Source: Phycisphaeraceae bacterium
GTDB lineage: Bacteria > Planctomycetota > Phycisphaerae > Phycisphaerales > Phycisphaeraceae
NCBI GenBank assembly: GCA_963674705.1
Contig: OY771506.1
Span: forward strand, 960,001 to 1,024,000
Length of the DNA stretch: 64,000 bases
Reading direction: 5' to 3'
Under the pieces are notes generated by a model. It searched no databases and had not been told where the DNA came from. It saw only the letters and a program-made list of their open reading frames with translations. How positions within the stretch are numbered: the stretch's first letter is position 1; each line of letters opens with the position of its first letter. The position numbers and the translations under genes were made by a program. Of this stretch, positions 9,695 through 19,692 are shown one piece after another.

Positions 9695-10581
9695 GGCATC
9701 TCCGTCAAGGGCGCCAGTTCGGGGTAACGCTGGAGCAGGGTTTTCGGCGGCAGGAGCAGGGTTGCACGGTCCCACCAGAGCCGGGCTTTTTCGTGCGTCT
9801 GCGGCTCGGTTGTTTGCAGTGCTTCAGCCTCGGTTGGGTAGTGGTAATGGCAAAGCGCCATCAGCGCGTGGCCGTAGCCGGCTTCAACACCGAGCGGCCG
9901 CAGCGCCTCCAGGAGGTCATCATTTTCATTAACCGCTTCACTGAAGTGGTTGGTCCTTACCTGCTGCGCGAGCTGCGCCAATCGGTAGGCGGCACTGATC
10001 GAGGTATCGGGGAAAGCTTCAACCGCGCCGCGCAGTCGGCGTATCGAGTCGTCGGCATCGGATAAGCGTTCAGCGCCGAGCACGGCGTTGGCGCGGCTGA
10101 CACCGATGTGTACGGCGATGGGTTCACCGGGGGGCAGGCGCTGAAGCAAGTAGTCGTAGCCGACGATCGCGGCGTCGTATGCGCCCAGTGAATCCAGGCA
10201 GTGTGAAATCATCGCAACCGTCTGGCTGTGCAGGTTCGGCGCGGGGGTGGTTTGAGGTAGCAATCGCCAGGCCTGGCGTAATGCGGCAGGATACCGGCGC
10301 GTCATGGCGACCTGTTGCGTGTCGCGCACGCGGGCTTCGAGGTTCATGGCTCGCTGGGTGCGCGACCAGTTACTGCCGAAGAGGATACCCAGGCCGATCC
10401 AGGGAAGCAGTGCGGCGGCTATCCCGGTTGTTGCCAGACCCATCCCCAGGAAGATAGCCGCGACGATCAGCGGCGCGCGCAGTTGCCACTTGGTCGGCGG
10501 GCTGGCCGGGTTCGCCTGCAGCAGCGACTCGAACTGCTCGGCGCTGGGTGGCGCGAATCCGATTTTGGGAATATCAGGCAT
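9691..10581 (-). CDS. Hypothetical membrane protein with two TM helices and a TPR-like helical region
   Basis: Same layout as the downstream gene; TATAAT 11 nt upstream of the ATG. Confidence 0.65.
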   Translation of the reverse strand: MPDIPKIGFAPPSAEQFESLLQANPASPPTKWQLRAPLIVAAIFLGMGLATTGIAAALLPWIGLGILFGSNWSRTQRAMNLEARVRDTQQVAMTRRYPAALRQAWRLLPQTTPAPNLHSQTVAMISHCLDSLGAYDAAIVGYDYLLQRLPPGEPIAVHIGVSRANAVLGAERLSDADDSIRRLRGAVEAFPDTSISAAYRLAQLAQQVRTNHFSEAVNENDDLLEALRPLGVEAGYGHALMALCHYHYPTEAEALQTTEPQTHEKARLWWDRATLLLPPKTLLQRYPELAPLTEMP

Positions 10582-10627
10582 AAGAAACAGCCATTATAGT
10601 TGTTTATGGGTGTGCCCGGAGCTTTGT

Positions 10628-11305
10628 TTATTCCTGCACCAGTCGGCGCAGGTCGGCCAGCAGTTGGATGCGGCCGGCTTCGCTGAGCCCGTCGTAGTAG
10701 CCACGGATCACGCCGGTGCGGTCGATCAGCACAAGATTACCGCTGTGAAGGATATTCAACTCATCACCGGGCGGCCCCGCCTCCACGGGCAGCTTCAACC
10801 CGCCTTCAACCAAGGGCCAGACAACGTCCTGCTCGCCGGTGAGGAACTTCCACTGTGCGGGATCGGCTTTGTAACGCTGGGCAAATTGCCGCAAGATTTC
10901 CGGGCTGTCGTGTCCACCATCAAGACTGATACTGACAAGTTGCACTTCGGCAGACAAGATGCCGTCGTTCTTGATGACGGCTTGGATGTCGCGCATGCCG
11001 CTGGTCAACGTTGGGCAGATGGCGCTGCATCTTGTGAAGATCGTGTCGACAATCCAGACCTTGCCGCGCAGGTCGTTAAGGCCGAAGGGATTGCCTGATT
11101 GATCGGTCAATTCGAATACGGGAAGCAGATCGAAGCGTTGCAGTGATTCACTGGTTTCGGCCTGTTCATCTGCGTTGACCAGTGCCAGTTGTATGACGTT
11201 GTCGGGCTCGCCAATCGGGCCGAAGGTTAAGACGGTGATGGTGATCGCCACCGTCGCCAGCCACGAGAACACCGCCACCATTACCAGCACAGTCTTGGAC
11301 ACCAT
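10628..11305 (-). CDS. SCO/SenC-family copper chaperone
   Basis: N-terminal anchor, FELTDQSG, FTRCSAICP (CxxxC), distal His in ILHSG. Confidence 0.92.
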   Translation of the reverse strand: MVSKTVLVMVAVFSWLATVAITITVLTFGPIGEPDNVIQLALVNADEQAETSESLQRFDLLPVFELTDQSGNPFGLNDLRGKVWIVDTIFTRCSAICPTLTSGMRDIQAVIKNDGILSAEVQLVSISLDGGHDSPEILRQFAQRYKADPAQWKFLTGEQDVVWPLVEGGLKLPVEAGPPGDELNILHSGNLVLIDRTGVIRGYYDGLSEAGRIQLLADLRRLVQE

Positions 11306-11307
11306 TT

Positions 11308-12168
11308 TCAGGTCCCGTCCCTTCTGGGCTTGCCGACCAGTCTTACCGCGAAGATGAGCATAACAAGGGCGAACAGGCCCATGAACGTTGCATCAAGCCA
11401 GATGGGCAGCCCCGTCTGCACGGTGTCGCGACCTAACAATGAATATGACAAGGCTGATTGTTCATAGGTCAGCGGGTTGATCCACATCAAGACGCGCAGC
11501 CAGGGCATAGCAGTTGAAACGGGGAACAGCGCGCCGCTTAGGAACCACATCGGCATCAATAAGAGCATCATGATCGCATGGAACGCTGAGGTGGAGTCCA
11601 TGGGCCAGGCGATGCACAGGCCGATCGTCGTCATGGTGACGGCGGTCACCACGATCGTGACGGCAGAGAGCAGGATGGTCATCACGTGCGGATGGGGCCC
11701 GATGAGCGGCCAGAAGATCATGAATAAGAGCGCCTGTGTGACCGCGATGCTTGTTCCGCCGAGTACTTTGCCGAGCACGATGGCAAGGCGCGGTACGGGG
11801 GCGACGAGTACGCCCTGCATGAAACCTTCGCGTCGATCCTCGATCACGCTGATGGAGGAGAAGACGGCGGTGAACATGACGATCATGGTCAGTGTGCCGG
11901 GGAAGAAGTAGGCCATGTAACCGGAAGCGGGTGCGTCGGATGTCGTGCCATCGGTGACAAAGACGTTGTGCAGCCCTGCGCCGAGCCCGATCCAGAGCAA
12001 TACGGGCGTAAGCAGGACGCTGGCGATGCGGCTGCGCTGCCTGAAGAAGCGAACCATCTCGCGGCGCCACAGCGCCGAGGTCGCTGGCCAAAGCCGGCCG
12101 TACGCCACATCATCCGCTGGAGACGATGACGCCTGCCCCGGAGCAAGTTGATAATCTGCCTGACTCAT
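11308..12168 (-). CDS. ABC-2 type transporter permease
   Basis: REMVRFFRQ, YFFPG, EDRREGF, GKVLGG, FLSGALFP, INPLTY; ATG 12168 chosen. Confidence 0.9.
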   Translation of the reverse strand: MSQADYQLAPGQASSSPADDVAYGRLWPATSALWRREMVRFFRQRSRIASVLLTPVLLWIGLGAGLHNVFVTDGTTSDAPASGYMAYFFPGTLTMIVMFTAVFSSISVIEDRREGFMQGVLVAPVPRLAIVLGKVLGGTSIAVTQALLFMIFWPLIGPHPHVMTILLSAVTIVVTAVTMTTIGLCIAWPMDSTSAFHAIMMLLLMPMWFLSGALFPVSTAMPWLRVLMWINPLTYEQSALSYSLLGRDTVQTGLPIWLDATFMGLFALVMLIFAVRLVGKPRRDGT

Positions 12169-12478
12169 TTGATTACGCCACCAAGGCCCACACGAGGCCG
12201 AATAGGTCATCTTAGACACCCCCTCCGCCCCAGCCAAGCCGGTTGCCTATCTTCACGGCCTGCCGATGGTCAGGGCCCAGCGATCCGTTTGTGAAACGGC
12301 GACCTGCGATCGTACGCTAAACGGGCTTCAAATCGGGTATTTATTTGTGAAGTTGATGATTTCTACTGCCCGATCACTAGAACTGGGCCCGGAATCCCTA
12401 TTCTTTGCCCTTCCAGCCACACCGGCTACAATCTGAGCCGAAACTGATATCCGCACCAGAAGCAAGGAAGCGACACGA

Positions 12479-13108
12479 ATGCCTTATTTAGTCCCCACGG
12501 TGATCGAGAAAACCGGCCGCGGCGAGCGGGTGTACGACATCTACTCGCGCCTCCTCAAGGACCGCATTATTTTCCTCGGCGGCCCCGTCACCGACGACAC
12601 CGCCAACCTCGTCATCGCCCAGATGCTCTTTTTGTCCAATGAGGACGCCAAGAGCGATATCCATTTTTATATCAACAGCCCCGGTGGGTCGGTCTCGGCC
12701 GGGCTGGGTGTATATGACACGATGCAGTTCATCCGCCCGAAGGTGGCGACGTATTGCATCGGGATGGCGGCGAGCATGGGGGCGGTGCTTTTGATGGCCG
12801 GGGAAAAGGGTAAACGGCACGTGCTGCCCAACAGCCGGGTGTTGCTGCACCAGCCGTTGATGGGCGGTGTGGTTGAAGGCCAGGCCACCGATCTTGGCAT
12901 CCAGGCCAAGGAAATGCTCCGAACGCGTGAGCGTCTGTACCGGATCATGCAGCAGCACACCGGCAAAGATGCGGAAACGATCACGCGGGACTGCGAACGC
13001 GATAAGTGGCTCGACGCCCAGGAAGCTGTGGACTATGGCTGCGTTGACAGCTTGCTGCAGCATATCCCGGAAGCAATCTCTGAAGGCCACGAATCCGAAG
13101 ACGAGTGA
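12479..13108 (+). CDS. clpP: ATP-dependent Clp protease proteolytic subunit
   Basis: [23 protein letters not shown], catalytic Ser in AASMG, HQP; SD-like AAGGAAG. Confidence 0.97.
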   Translation: MPYLVPTVIEKTGRGERVYDIYSRLLKDRIIFLGGPVTDDTANLVIAQMLFLSNEDAKSDIHFYINSPGGSVSAGLGVYDTMQFIRPKVATYCIGMAASMGAVLLMAGEKGKRHVLPNSRVLLHQPLMGGVVEGQATDLGIQAKEMLRTRERLYRIMQQHTGKDAETITRDCERDKWLDAQEAVDYGCVDSLLQHIPEAISEGHESEDE

Positions 13109-13122
13109 TCCATTCATCGCCT

Positions 13123-13785
13123 ATGACCCACGTAAACCAACACGCACGGACGCCCCGCTCTGCCAGGATCGGACATGGCAGGTGGGTGTTTGCGTTGGCG
13201 GTGGTCGGGCTGTGCCTGATGCATGTCGGTTGCGGGCCGAAGAACTTTCTGAATGAAAACGACACGCTGCGGGCCGAGAACCTCAAGCTCAAGCAAGAGG
13301 TTGAAGATCTGAATAAGCAGATGGAGCTTCGGCTCGGTGAGATCGAGGCGCTGCGGGCCCAAGCTTCAGACAAGCAGGCGATCAAGGAAGCGACGCCGCC
13401 GATTCTGGTGAAGCTGAACTTCGAGCGCTACAGCGGCGCGCTGGACACCAACAGCGACAAGAAGGACGACCTGGTCCGCATCTACCTGCAACCGCTGGAT
13501 CAGCACGGAAGAGTGCTACCCGTCGCGGGGCGCTTGAAAATGCAGATCGTGGCGATCCAGGCTGATGCTCCTCCGTCTTTACTCACGGAGCGCACGTACG
13601 AACCCGACGAGTTCGACGCCGCGTATCGCACCAGCTTCATGAGCTATCACTACACCATCGACCTGCCCCTGCCGGAAAGCATCGACCCCGCGATCAGAAG
13701 CGTTACCGTCAAAGCCTTCTTCACCGAAGCGGTCACGGGAAATGAGCTCAGCCACGAGCAGGTCATCCCGATCGACAGGCAGTAG
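13123..13785 (+). CDS. Hypothetical lipoprotein with coiled coil
   Basis: Hydrophobic stretch ending in lipobox-like HVGC; heptad region after the Cys. Confidence 0.7.
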   Translation: MTHVNQHARTPRSARIGHGRWVFALAVVGLCLMHVGCGPKNFLNENDTLRAENLKLKQEVEDLNKQMELRLGEIEALRAQASDKQAIKEATPPILVKLNFERYSGALDTNSDKKDDLVRIYLQPLDQHGRVLPVAGRLKMQIVAIQADAPPSLLTERTYEPDEFDAAYRTSFMSYHYTIDLPLPESIDPAIRSVTVKAFFTEAVTGNELSHEQVIPIDRQ

Positions 13786-13863
13786 ATATCTGCCTGGCTC
13801 CCGGGCTCCGGACAAATGAGCGGATCAGCTTAGCCATCACGACGTCGCACGCGCTGTTCATTT

Positions 13864-14760
13864 TCACTTCCGAGATATCAGGTGGGCCTTGTACGCGGGG
13901 GTCCGTTCGAGCAGTTCAAAGTCGATCATCGCGTACACCGGTCTGCCGGCGCGATGCAGCAGCGCGTCGCCTGCCCGGCGGACGATGACGTGATGCGGCT
14001 TGTGGTCATACACGACGAACCCCTTGGCCTCCAGATCACGCGCGACTTGACGCGTGAACAAACCGACGTCCTCGGCACCGACCAAGCCCTGGTCACACGC
14101 CTGCTGCAGGCTCAGGCCGTGGATCCAGTGATAGAGCACCACGTACACGCGTCCCTCGTCCAATGTCACCGGGTGCTCAGCGGCGCGCTGGTCATCGGCC
14201 AGGTGGGACTTGAAGTATTGCAGATGGCTGGCCTGCCGGCCCAGACGCCAGGCCGGCTCGGGTCGCGGCACCCGGTAAATCGCCAGCGGGTGTTTCGTGC
14301 GGATCGTCAAATCCCTCGGGCCGAACCGGCCTCGACGCAGGTCCCACAGCACGCCGAACTCCTCGAACGGATCGTGGAAACGCGCGTCGCGCGCCGACTC
14401 TTTGCTGATCGCGCCGTCAAAGGTCGATTGCACATCCACAGGCACATCCTGTGCGAACCGCGAGAACTTGACCACCATGTGGACCGGCCGGGCCCGGTCC
14501 TCGATGATTGGCACCCGGTACACGTGTCCGGTGCCGGCGGTCAGCCGCTGGCCGTGGCTGGCATAACGTCGGTTGTTGAACCAGTGATCGGGCCAGAGGT
14601 GTGAAAGCAGCGGCAACCCGTAGCGCGTGACGTACAACGCACCACCGTCGTCGGCTTCGAATACCTGATAGTCCACGCCATACACCCGCGCCGACTGTCG
14701 GGTCCAGCCGACCCTGCCTTGCGATGCCGGTGGTTCGGGTTGCTCGTGGTGTGCGGTCAT
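13864..14760 (-). CDS. Hypothetical protein with protein-kinase-like motifs
   Basis: AGTGHVYRV (G-loop-like), VVKFSR, EEF, YDHKPHHVIV (catalytic-loop-like), MIDFE; ATG 14760 chosen. Confidence 0.6.
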   Translation of the reverse strand: MTAHHEQPEPPASQGRVGWTRQSARVYGVDYQVFEADDGGALYVTRYGLPLLSHLWPDHWFNNRRYASHGQRLTAGTGHVYRVPIIEDRARPVHMVVKFSRFAQDVPVDVQSTFDGAISKESARDARFHDPFEEFGVLWDLRRGRFGPRDLTIRTKHPLAIYRVPRPEPAWRLGRQASHLQYFKSHLADDQRAAEHPVTLDEGRVYVVLYHWIHGLSLQQACDQGLVGAEDVGLFTRQVARDLEAKGFVVYDHKPHHVIVRRAGDALLHRAGRPVYAMIDFELLERTPAYKAHLISRK

Positions 14761-15009
14761 AAGAACATCAAGGCCTGATTGATGCACAGAGTGTATAGGA
14801 AAGCGACGCCACACGAGTGAAGAGCGGATCGTAGATCGGGTGCATACCACTTGCATCGCGAAGTCACGCCCTCTGAGTCCGGCGCTGCAATGCTCTACGA
14901 TTCATGCCTGTAGGTCCCGGCCCACCCCGACGGTGTATTCGGCCATGACCTGTGGGCATTCTCTTCGTTCGCAAGGCTTTGCGACGCAAGCAATTGCTAC
15001 AACACAGTA

Positions 15010-15099
15010 GCTTTCTTCATCGAAGTGATCACCGGAAATGAGCTGACGCACGAGCAGGTAACTTCGATCCGGGTGGAAAACCAGCCGGGGGCGTGGTGA
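15010..15099 (+). pseudogene. Orphan duplicate of the 3' end of the 13123-13785 lipoprotein gene
   Basis: Reads AFFIEVITGNELTHEQVTSIRVENQPGAW* versus AFFTEAVTGNELSHEQVIPIDRQ* at 13714-13785. Confidence 0.8.
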
Positions 15100-15100
15100 T

Positions 15101-15628
15101 TCATTCGATATACATCAGGCGTTCGAGCGGTTTCCATTGCTCGGCGGTGGGTGTGCCAGTCAGGCGGCGTTGGCAGTTATCCGTGATGGGCCACCACTTA
15201 TCGCGCGTGGTTGGGTCGGTTGCGATGGAGGCCATGTCTTTTGCCAGGTTGTCGCCGGTGTATTCCATGAAACTGAAGAGGTACTTCTTGCCTTCAATCT
15301 CAGCGAGGTAGATGTTGTAGTTGCGGATATTCGCCTTCTTGATCGCCGCCACGACCTCGGGCCAGACGTCGGCGTGGAGTTTGCGGTAGAGTTTTCTTTG
15401 TGGGGTTTGAGTTCGATCATCGAGCCGAAGCACTGGACACCGTCGGCAGGAAGCTGCGCGGGGTCGGGGTTTGTTGTGCCGTAATAGGGCTTGTGTCTGA
15501 TTTGTTTTCGCCCAATGGTTCCGTTGAATCGTGTGCGAAGTCCTGAACCAGACATGGTCAACTCCCAAGATCAAAATCAAAAACGCTTATAAACCGGTAG
15601 TGTAACTACACAGCTTGTTTTGATACAT
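15101..15628 (-). pseudogene. L-rhamnose mutarotase family gene, frameshifted
   Basis: GVQCFGSMIELKPHKE in one frame and KLYRKLHADVWPEV...IRNYNIYL...KWW in another; one A missing at 15392-15395; stop within a degraded signal-like N-terminus. Could be a sequencing error. Confidence 0.7.
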
Positions 15629-15634
15629 CACTTC

Positions 15635-15703
15635 AAAAAAGAAAATGCCCAAGTTCGATGAACGTGGGCTTGGGGGATAGTTGCAATGTTGTACTTCGTG
15701 GTT
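15635..15703 (-). terminator. REP-like palindrome or terminator, copy A
   Basis: GCCCAAGTTCGATGAACGTGGGC (15647-15669) with a T-rich tail on the minus strand. Confidence 0.7.
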
Positions 15704-15749
15704 GCTGGTCATGCCTTGAGCGGCGGCTTATCCGATCCGGGGCGGCAAG

Positions 15750-16313
15750 TTAATCAATCCCATACCAGTAGTAATTGGCTTGTTTAGTATTCAAATCGTA
15801 AATGAGAACCGCTTCTTCTGTAGCAAATCCTTTTTTGTTCACCTCTGATCTGTAACACTCGGGCCAAGTTCTCGCGGAGCCAAGCAACCACCAATCGGGC
15901 TCCTCGTCCCATATAATCTGTGGGTTCGGATCGATCGTCATGCTTTGTGAAGCGATCAGTAAATCAATTGTTGCGCGATCACACTTAAATTGCATGAATA
16001 CATGGCCCGAATCAGCAAAAGTGTAGAGTTCGGACTTTATGTCCACGACATCGGCCGGCGGAGGATTTCCGAAAGTATTTTCAAAAACCACGCTCGGCCT
16101 TGTGCTGTACCAGAATATTCCGACAATACCCGTAACATATAACAGGCCAACAAGCGGGGTGGCATAAAACGTCGCCCGCCACTTACGTTTGATCTTTAAT
16201 ATGAAGATCGCTGGTATCCACACCGTTAAGAAAATGGCAAACACGATGATTGCGCCGGCGATCAAAAGAAGCAGAAAAAAGAAGGCGGCCAACACGTGCA
16301 TAACACGCATCAT
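15750..16313 (-). CDS. Hypothetical membrane-anchored protein, AT-richer than its neighbours
   Basis: 187-aa ORF with two N-terminal hydrophobic segments; visibly lower GC. Confidence 0.65.
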   Translation of the reverse strand: MMRVMHVLAAFFFLLLLIAGAIIVFAIFLTVWIPAIFILKIKRKWRATFYATPLVGLLYVTGIVGIFWYSTRPSVVFENTFGNPPPADVVDIKSELYTFADSGHVFMQFKCDRATIDLLIASQSMTIDPNPQIIWDEEPDWWLLGSARTWPECYRSEVNKKGFATEEAVLIYDLNTKQANYYWYGID

Positions 16314-16325
16314 ACACTCTCAATG

Positions 16326-16381
16326 AAAAAAGCCCACGTTCGATGAACGTGGGCCTGGGGGTAGTTGGTTGCAGCGTGGTT
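16326..16381 (-). terminator. Intrinsic terminator of gnd, REP-like palindrome copy B
   Basis: GCCCACGTTC-GAT-GAACGTGGGC (16332-16354) followed by T6 on the minus strand. Confidence 0.8.
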
Positions 16382-16413
16382 ACCCACGGCACCCGGGGGC
16401 TAACGATGTGGTC

Positions 16414-17949
16414 TTACGCCTTGAGTTGCGGGCGATCTGCTTCGGGCCAGTCGATGTGGTAGAACTGGCCTCGCTTCTTGTCGGTGCGTTCGTAGGTGTG
16501 GGCGCCGAAGTAGTCGCGTTGGCCTTGCAGGAGGTTGGCGGGCAGTACGGCGGAACGGTAGCCGTCGAAGTATGCCAGCGCTGACATGAACGCCGGGGTC
16601 GGCACGCCGTGCTCGGCCGAGAGCGCCACGACCTTGCGCCAGTTCTTCTGGCTGTCGTGCAGCGCTTTCTTGAAGTACGGATCGAGCATCAGGTTCTGCA
16701 GCTTCGGGTTCTTAGTGTAGGCCTCGGTGATCTTCTGGAGGAAGCGGGCGCGGATGATGCAGCCGCCGCGCCAGATCTTGGCGATCTTGCCGAAGTCGAG
16801 TTTCCAGTTGTATTCGTTCTGCGCTTCTGCGATGAGCTGGAAGCCCTGGGCGTAGGCGCAGATCTTCGAGCAGTAAAGCGCATCGTGGATGGCCTTGACG
16901 AGTGCGGGCTTTGAGCCTGTGTAACGCTTGCGCGGGCCCTTGAGCTGCTTGCTTGCGGCGACGCGCTCTTCCTTGATGGCGCTTAAGAACCGGGCGAACA
17001 CGGCCTCGGCGATCGCGTTGGCGGGGATGCCCATGTCCAGCGCGTTGCTTGCGGTCCATTTACCCGTGCCCTTTTGGCCTGCGGTATCGAGGATCTTGTC
17101 AACGAGGAAGCCCTTGGCGTTCTCGGGGTCGCGCTGCTGGAGGATGTCGGTGGTGATCTCGATGAGATAGCTGTCGAGGTCGCCCTTGTTCCACTTGCCG
17201 AAAACCTTGCTCATGTCCCCGGCGCTCATACCCAGAACATCTTTCATGAGCATGTAGGCTTCACAGATGAGCTGCATGTCGATGTATTCGATGCCGTTGT
17301 GCACCATCTTGACGTAGTGGCCCGCGCCGTCGGGACCGATGTGGAACGTGCAGGCTTCGCCCTTCTTGACGGGTTTGCCCGCTTCGTAATCTTCGTAAGG
17401 CTTGCCGGTCTTCTTGTCGACCTGCGCGGCGATGGCGGTCCAGATCGGCTTGAGACTCTTCCATGCTTCCTTCGAGCCGCCGGGCATAAGCGACGGGCCG
17501 AAGCGTGCGCCGAGTTCGCCGCCGGAGACACCGGAGCCGACGAAGTTGATGCCCTTCGCGGTCAGGTCTTTTTCGCGGCGGATGGTATCGGTCCACAGCG
17601 CGTTGCCGCCGTCGATCAGGATGTCGCCCTTCTCCAGGAGGGGTACGACCGAATCAATCGTGGCGTCGGTGCCTTTGCCGGCTTGGACGAGCATGATGAT
17701 CTTGCGCGGGCGCTTGATGCTTTGGACAAAATCCTTGAGCTTCTCGAAGCCGATGACGCGCTCGTGCGAGGGCTCGCGCTGTTTGCACTCGGCGATGAAG
17801 TCGGTCATCTTGCTGGTGGTTCGGTTGAACACCGAGACGGTGTAGCCGTGGTCGGCCATGTTAAGCACGAGGTTCTGGCCCATAACAGCCAGGCCGATCA
17901 GGCCGATGTCGGACTTGCTGCTAGCCGCGGTTTGCTTCTTCTTCGCCAT
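16414..17949 (-). CDS. gnd: NADP-dependent 6-phosphogluconate dehydrogenase (decarboxylating)
   Basis: [58 protein letters not shown]. Confidence 0.97.
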   Translation of the reverse strand: MAKKKQTAASSKSDIGLIGLAVMGQNLVLNMADHGYTVSVFNRTTSKMTDFIAECKQREPSHERVIGFEKLKDFVQSIKRPRKIIMLVQAGKGTDATIDSVVPLLEKGDILIDGGNALWTDTIRREKDLTAKGINFVGSGVSGGELGARFGPSLMPGGSKEAWKSLKPIWTAIAAQVDKKTGKPYEDYEAGKPVKKGEACTFHIGPDGAGHYVKMVHNGIEYIDMQLICEAYMLMKDVLGMSAGDMSKVFGKWNKGDLDSYLIEITTDILQQRDPENAKGFLVDKILDTAGQKGTGKWTASNALDMGIPANAIAEAVFARFLSAIKEERVAASKQLKGPRKRYTGSKPALVKAIHDALYCSKICAYAQGFQLIAEAQNEYNWKLDFGKIAKIWRGGCIIRARFLQKITEAYTKNPKLQNLMLDPYFKKALHDSQKNWRKVVALSAEHGVPTPAFMSALAYFDGYRSAVLPANLLQGQRDYFGAHTYERTDKKRGQFYHIDWPEADRPQLKA

Positions 17950-18104
17950 GTCTGATTATCCGTTTCTGGTAGTAACTGGGGGTGCAACGTCTATGGACGC
18001 CAAGTGGGAAACGTCCGGGATAGAGTTAAACACTTTAAGCGAGATTGCCCGCCGGGGAAAGCGGCGTCGAGCCAAACGGCTTGAATTAATGGGGCGTGAA
18101 TAAA

Positions 18105-18133
18105 GAAAAAACCCGGTGAAATAACCGGGTTTT
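18105..18133 (-). terminator. Intrinsic terminator downstream of the DUF4139-like genes
   Basis: AAAACCCGGT-loop-ACCGGGTTTT perfect stem with a U-rich tail on the minus strand. Confidence 0.8.
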
Positions 18134-18189
18134 GGAGTTTGCATTTGGCGACAGTGCCATGTCTTGAAAAGAAACGAATTATTATGAAT

Positions 18190-19608
18190 TTATTCCAGCC
18201 AGGGCACGGGCGCGGGGTCGTCGGCTTCGATCTCGACACGGTCCTGTTTCTGGTTGCTGCCCATCCGCTGGACCACTTCGTAAAACAGAGCCTCTTTTTC
18301 GCTCGGTTCGACGCGGGCGGCGTATTGCACGGTGTGTACGTCGTAACGGGTGGGTTTAAGCCTGCTGATAAAAACCGCGTCCCCACCGAAGGGGCGGCAG
18401 ATCTCGAGATCGATAGGTTTATCAGTGTAGTTGCGGATGCGTTGGGCGTAGACGGTGTGTTCGTCCCAGCCCTCGACCCGGCCGCGGTCTTCGATGCGTA
18501 TGCCCGGCTCGTCGAACTGTCGTCGGACGGCGGCGCCGATCGTGCCCCAGATGTTGTCGCGGAAAACGCGCAGGCTGATTAGTTCAAATACGACGTTCGG
18601 GTCGTTGCCGAGGTTCAACTCGATCTTGTCACCGATCGGGATGTACTTGATCCACTGCTGCGTGAGGTAGGAAAGCGGGCCGGATTCATTTTTGCGGAAC
18701 AGGCGCACGACGCCGTCGGGCAGCGGGCTCTCGCCGAGGCCGGACTTATCATCGTTGGTCAGCAGGAACATGCGAACGAGCTGGTCGCCGTATTCGTTGA
18801 GTCGATAGCGGTACTGCACCTTGATCGGCACTTCGCCGGCGTCGAAGCTGCGCATGCGCTTGGCCCAACGGTTCGGTACGGTTTCTGTGCCTTCAATCGT
18901 GAAGATGAAGTATTCGCTCAGGCCTTCCTTGACGATCTGTTTTTCTTCAGCCATGTCCGAGTCGGCAAACATCAACTCGGCCTCAACGACCGCGCTTTGA
19001 AGGGCTCTGCGGCGCAACATCCTCTTATCCGCCGGGCGACCCGCCATCGGCGGCGGGGCCACGCCCTGCTGCGCGAGTTGGGCGATCTTTTCTACAAGGT
19101 TAATCGTGCCGACGACCAGGCGCACCTGTGCGTTTTCGTAGTCTTCGCCGGAGTTGTTCGTGACGGTGACGAAGCCTTCCAGCCGCATGGTGGATTCATC
19201 GGGCTCGGCGATGCCGGTGTAGTCGGCGCTCCAGCTTATGCCGGAGGTGAAGTAGGTGATTTCGACCTTGGCTTCGCCGGAGAAGTCGCTGGCGACGTTC
19301 CAGTAAAGCATCTGGGGTTTGTCGTGCGGATAGGTCGTATCTAGCACGGTCAGTTCGTCCGGGCGGGTAAGGAACCTAAGCTCAACCGACGTAGGATCGA
19401 TCAGCGTGTTGGCCCAGGAAAACTGAAGCGAGTTGTTGCCTTGCTTGAAGGTTATCACGCGCGTCTCGCGGACGAGTGTGAGGTCTTCAGCATTATAGAT
19501 CGTCAGTTGCACGGTGTCGCGAGGGGGGACAGTCGAGAGGTCGATGTTCTTCGCGAACGTCGGCAGCGCGAAGCTGAGCATGAGTATCAGGGCAAGCAGG
19601 CGTTTCAT
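18190..19608 (-). CDS. Secreted DUF4139-like protein
   Basis: Signal peptide; VQLTIYN..LTLVRE, ITYFTSGISWSADY, NNSGEDYENA, PLPDGVVRLF; SD GAGG. Confidence 0.75.
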   Translation of the reverse strand: MKRLLALILMLSFALPTFAKNIDLSTVPPRDTVQLTIYNAEDLTLVRETRVITFKQGNNSLQFSWANTLIDPTSVELRFLTRPDELTVLDTTYPHDKPQMLYWNVASDFSGEAKVEITYFTSGISWSADYTGIAEPDESTMRLEGFVTVTNNSGEDYENAQVRLVVGTINLVEKIAQLAQQGVAPPPMAGRPADKRMLRRRALQSAVVEAELMFADSDMAEEKQIVKEGLSEYFIFTIEGTETVPNRWAKRMRSFDAGEVPIKVQYRYRLNEYGDQLVRMFLLTNDDKSGLGESPLPDGVVRLFRKNESGPLSYLTQQWIKYIPIGDKIELNLGNDPNVVFELISLRVFRDNIWGTIGAAVRRQFDEPGIRIEDRGRVEGWDEHTVYAQRIRNYTDKPIDLEICRPFGGDAVFISRLKPTRYDVHTVQYAARVEPSEKEALFYEVVQRMGSNQKQDRVEIEADDPAPVPWLE

Positions 19609-19651
19609 GGCTTGGTCCTCTGTGAATGAATGCGATGCGAAACTAGCAGAC

Positions 19652-19674
19652 GCCCACGTTCGGCGAACGTGGGC
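19652..19674. repeat. REP-like palindrome copy C
   Basis: GCCCACGTTC-GGC-GAACGTGGGC, same family as 15647 and 16332 but without a U tract. Confidence 0.8.
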
Positions 19675-19692
19675 TTCGGGGGTATCTATGCG

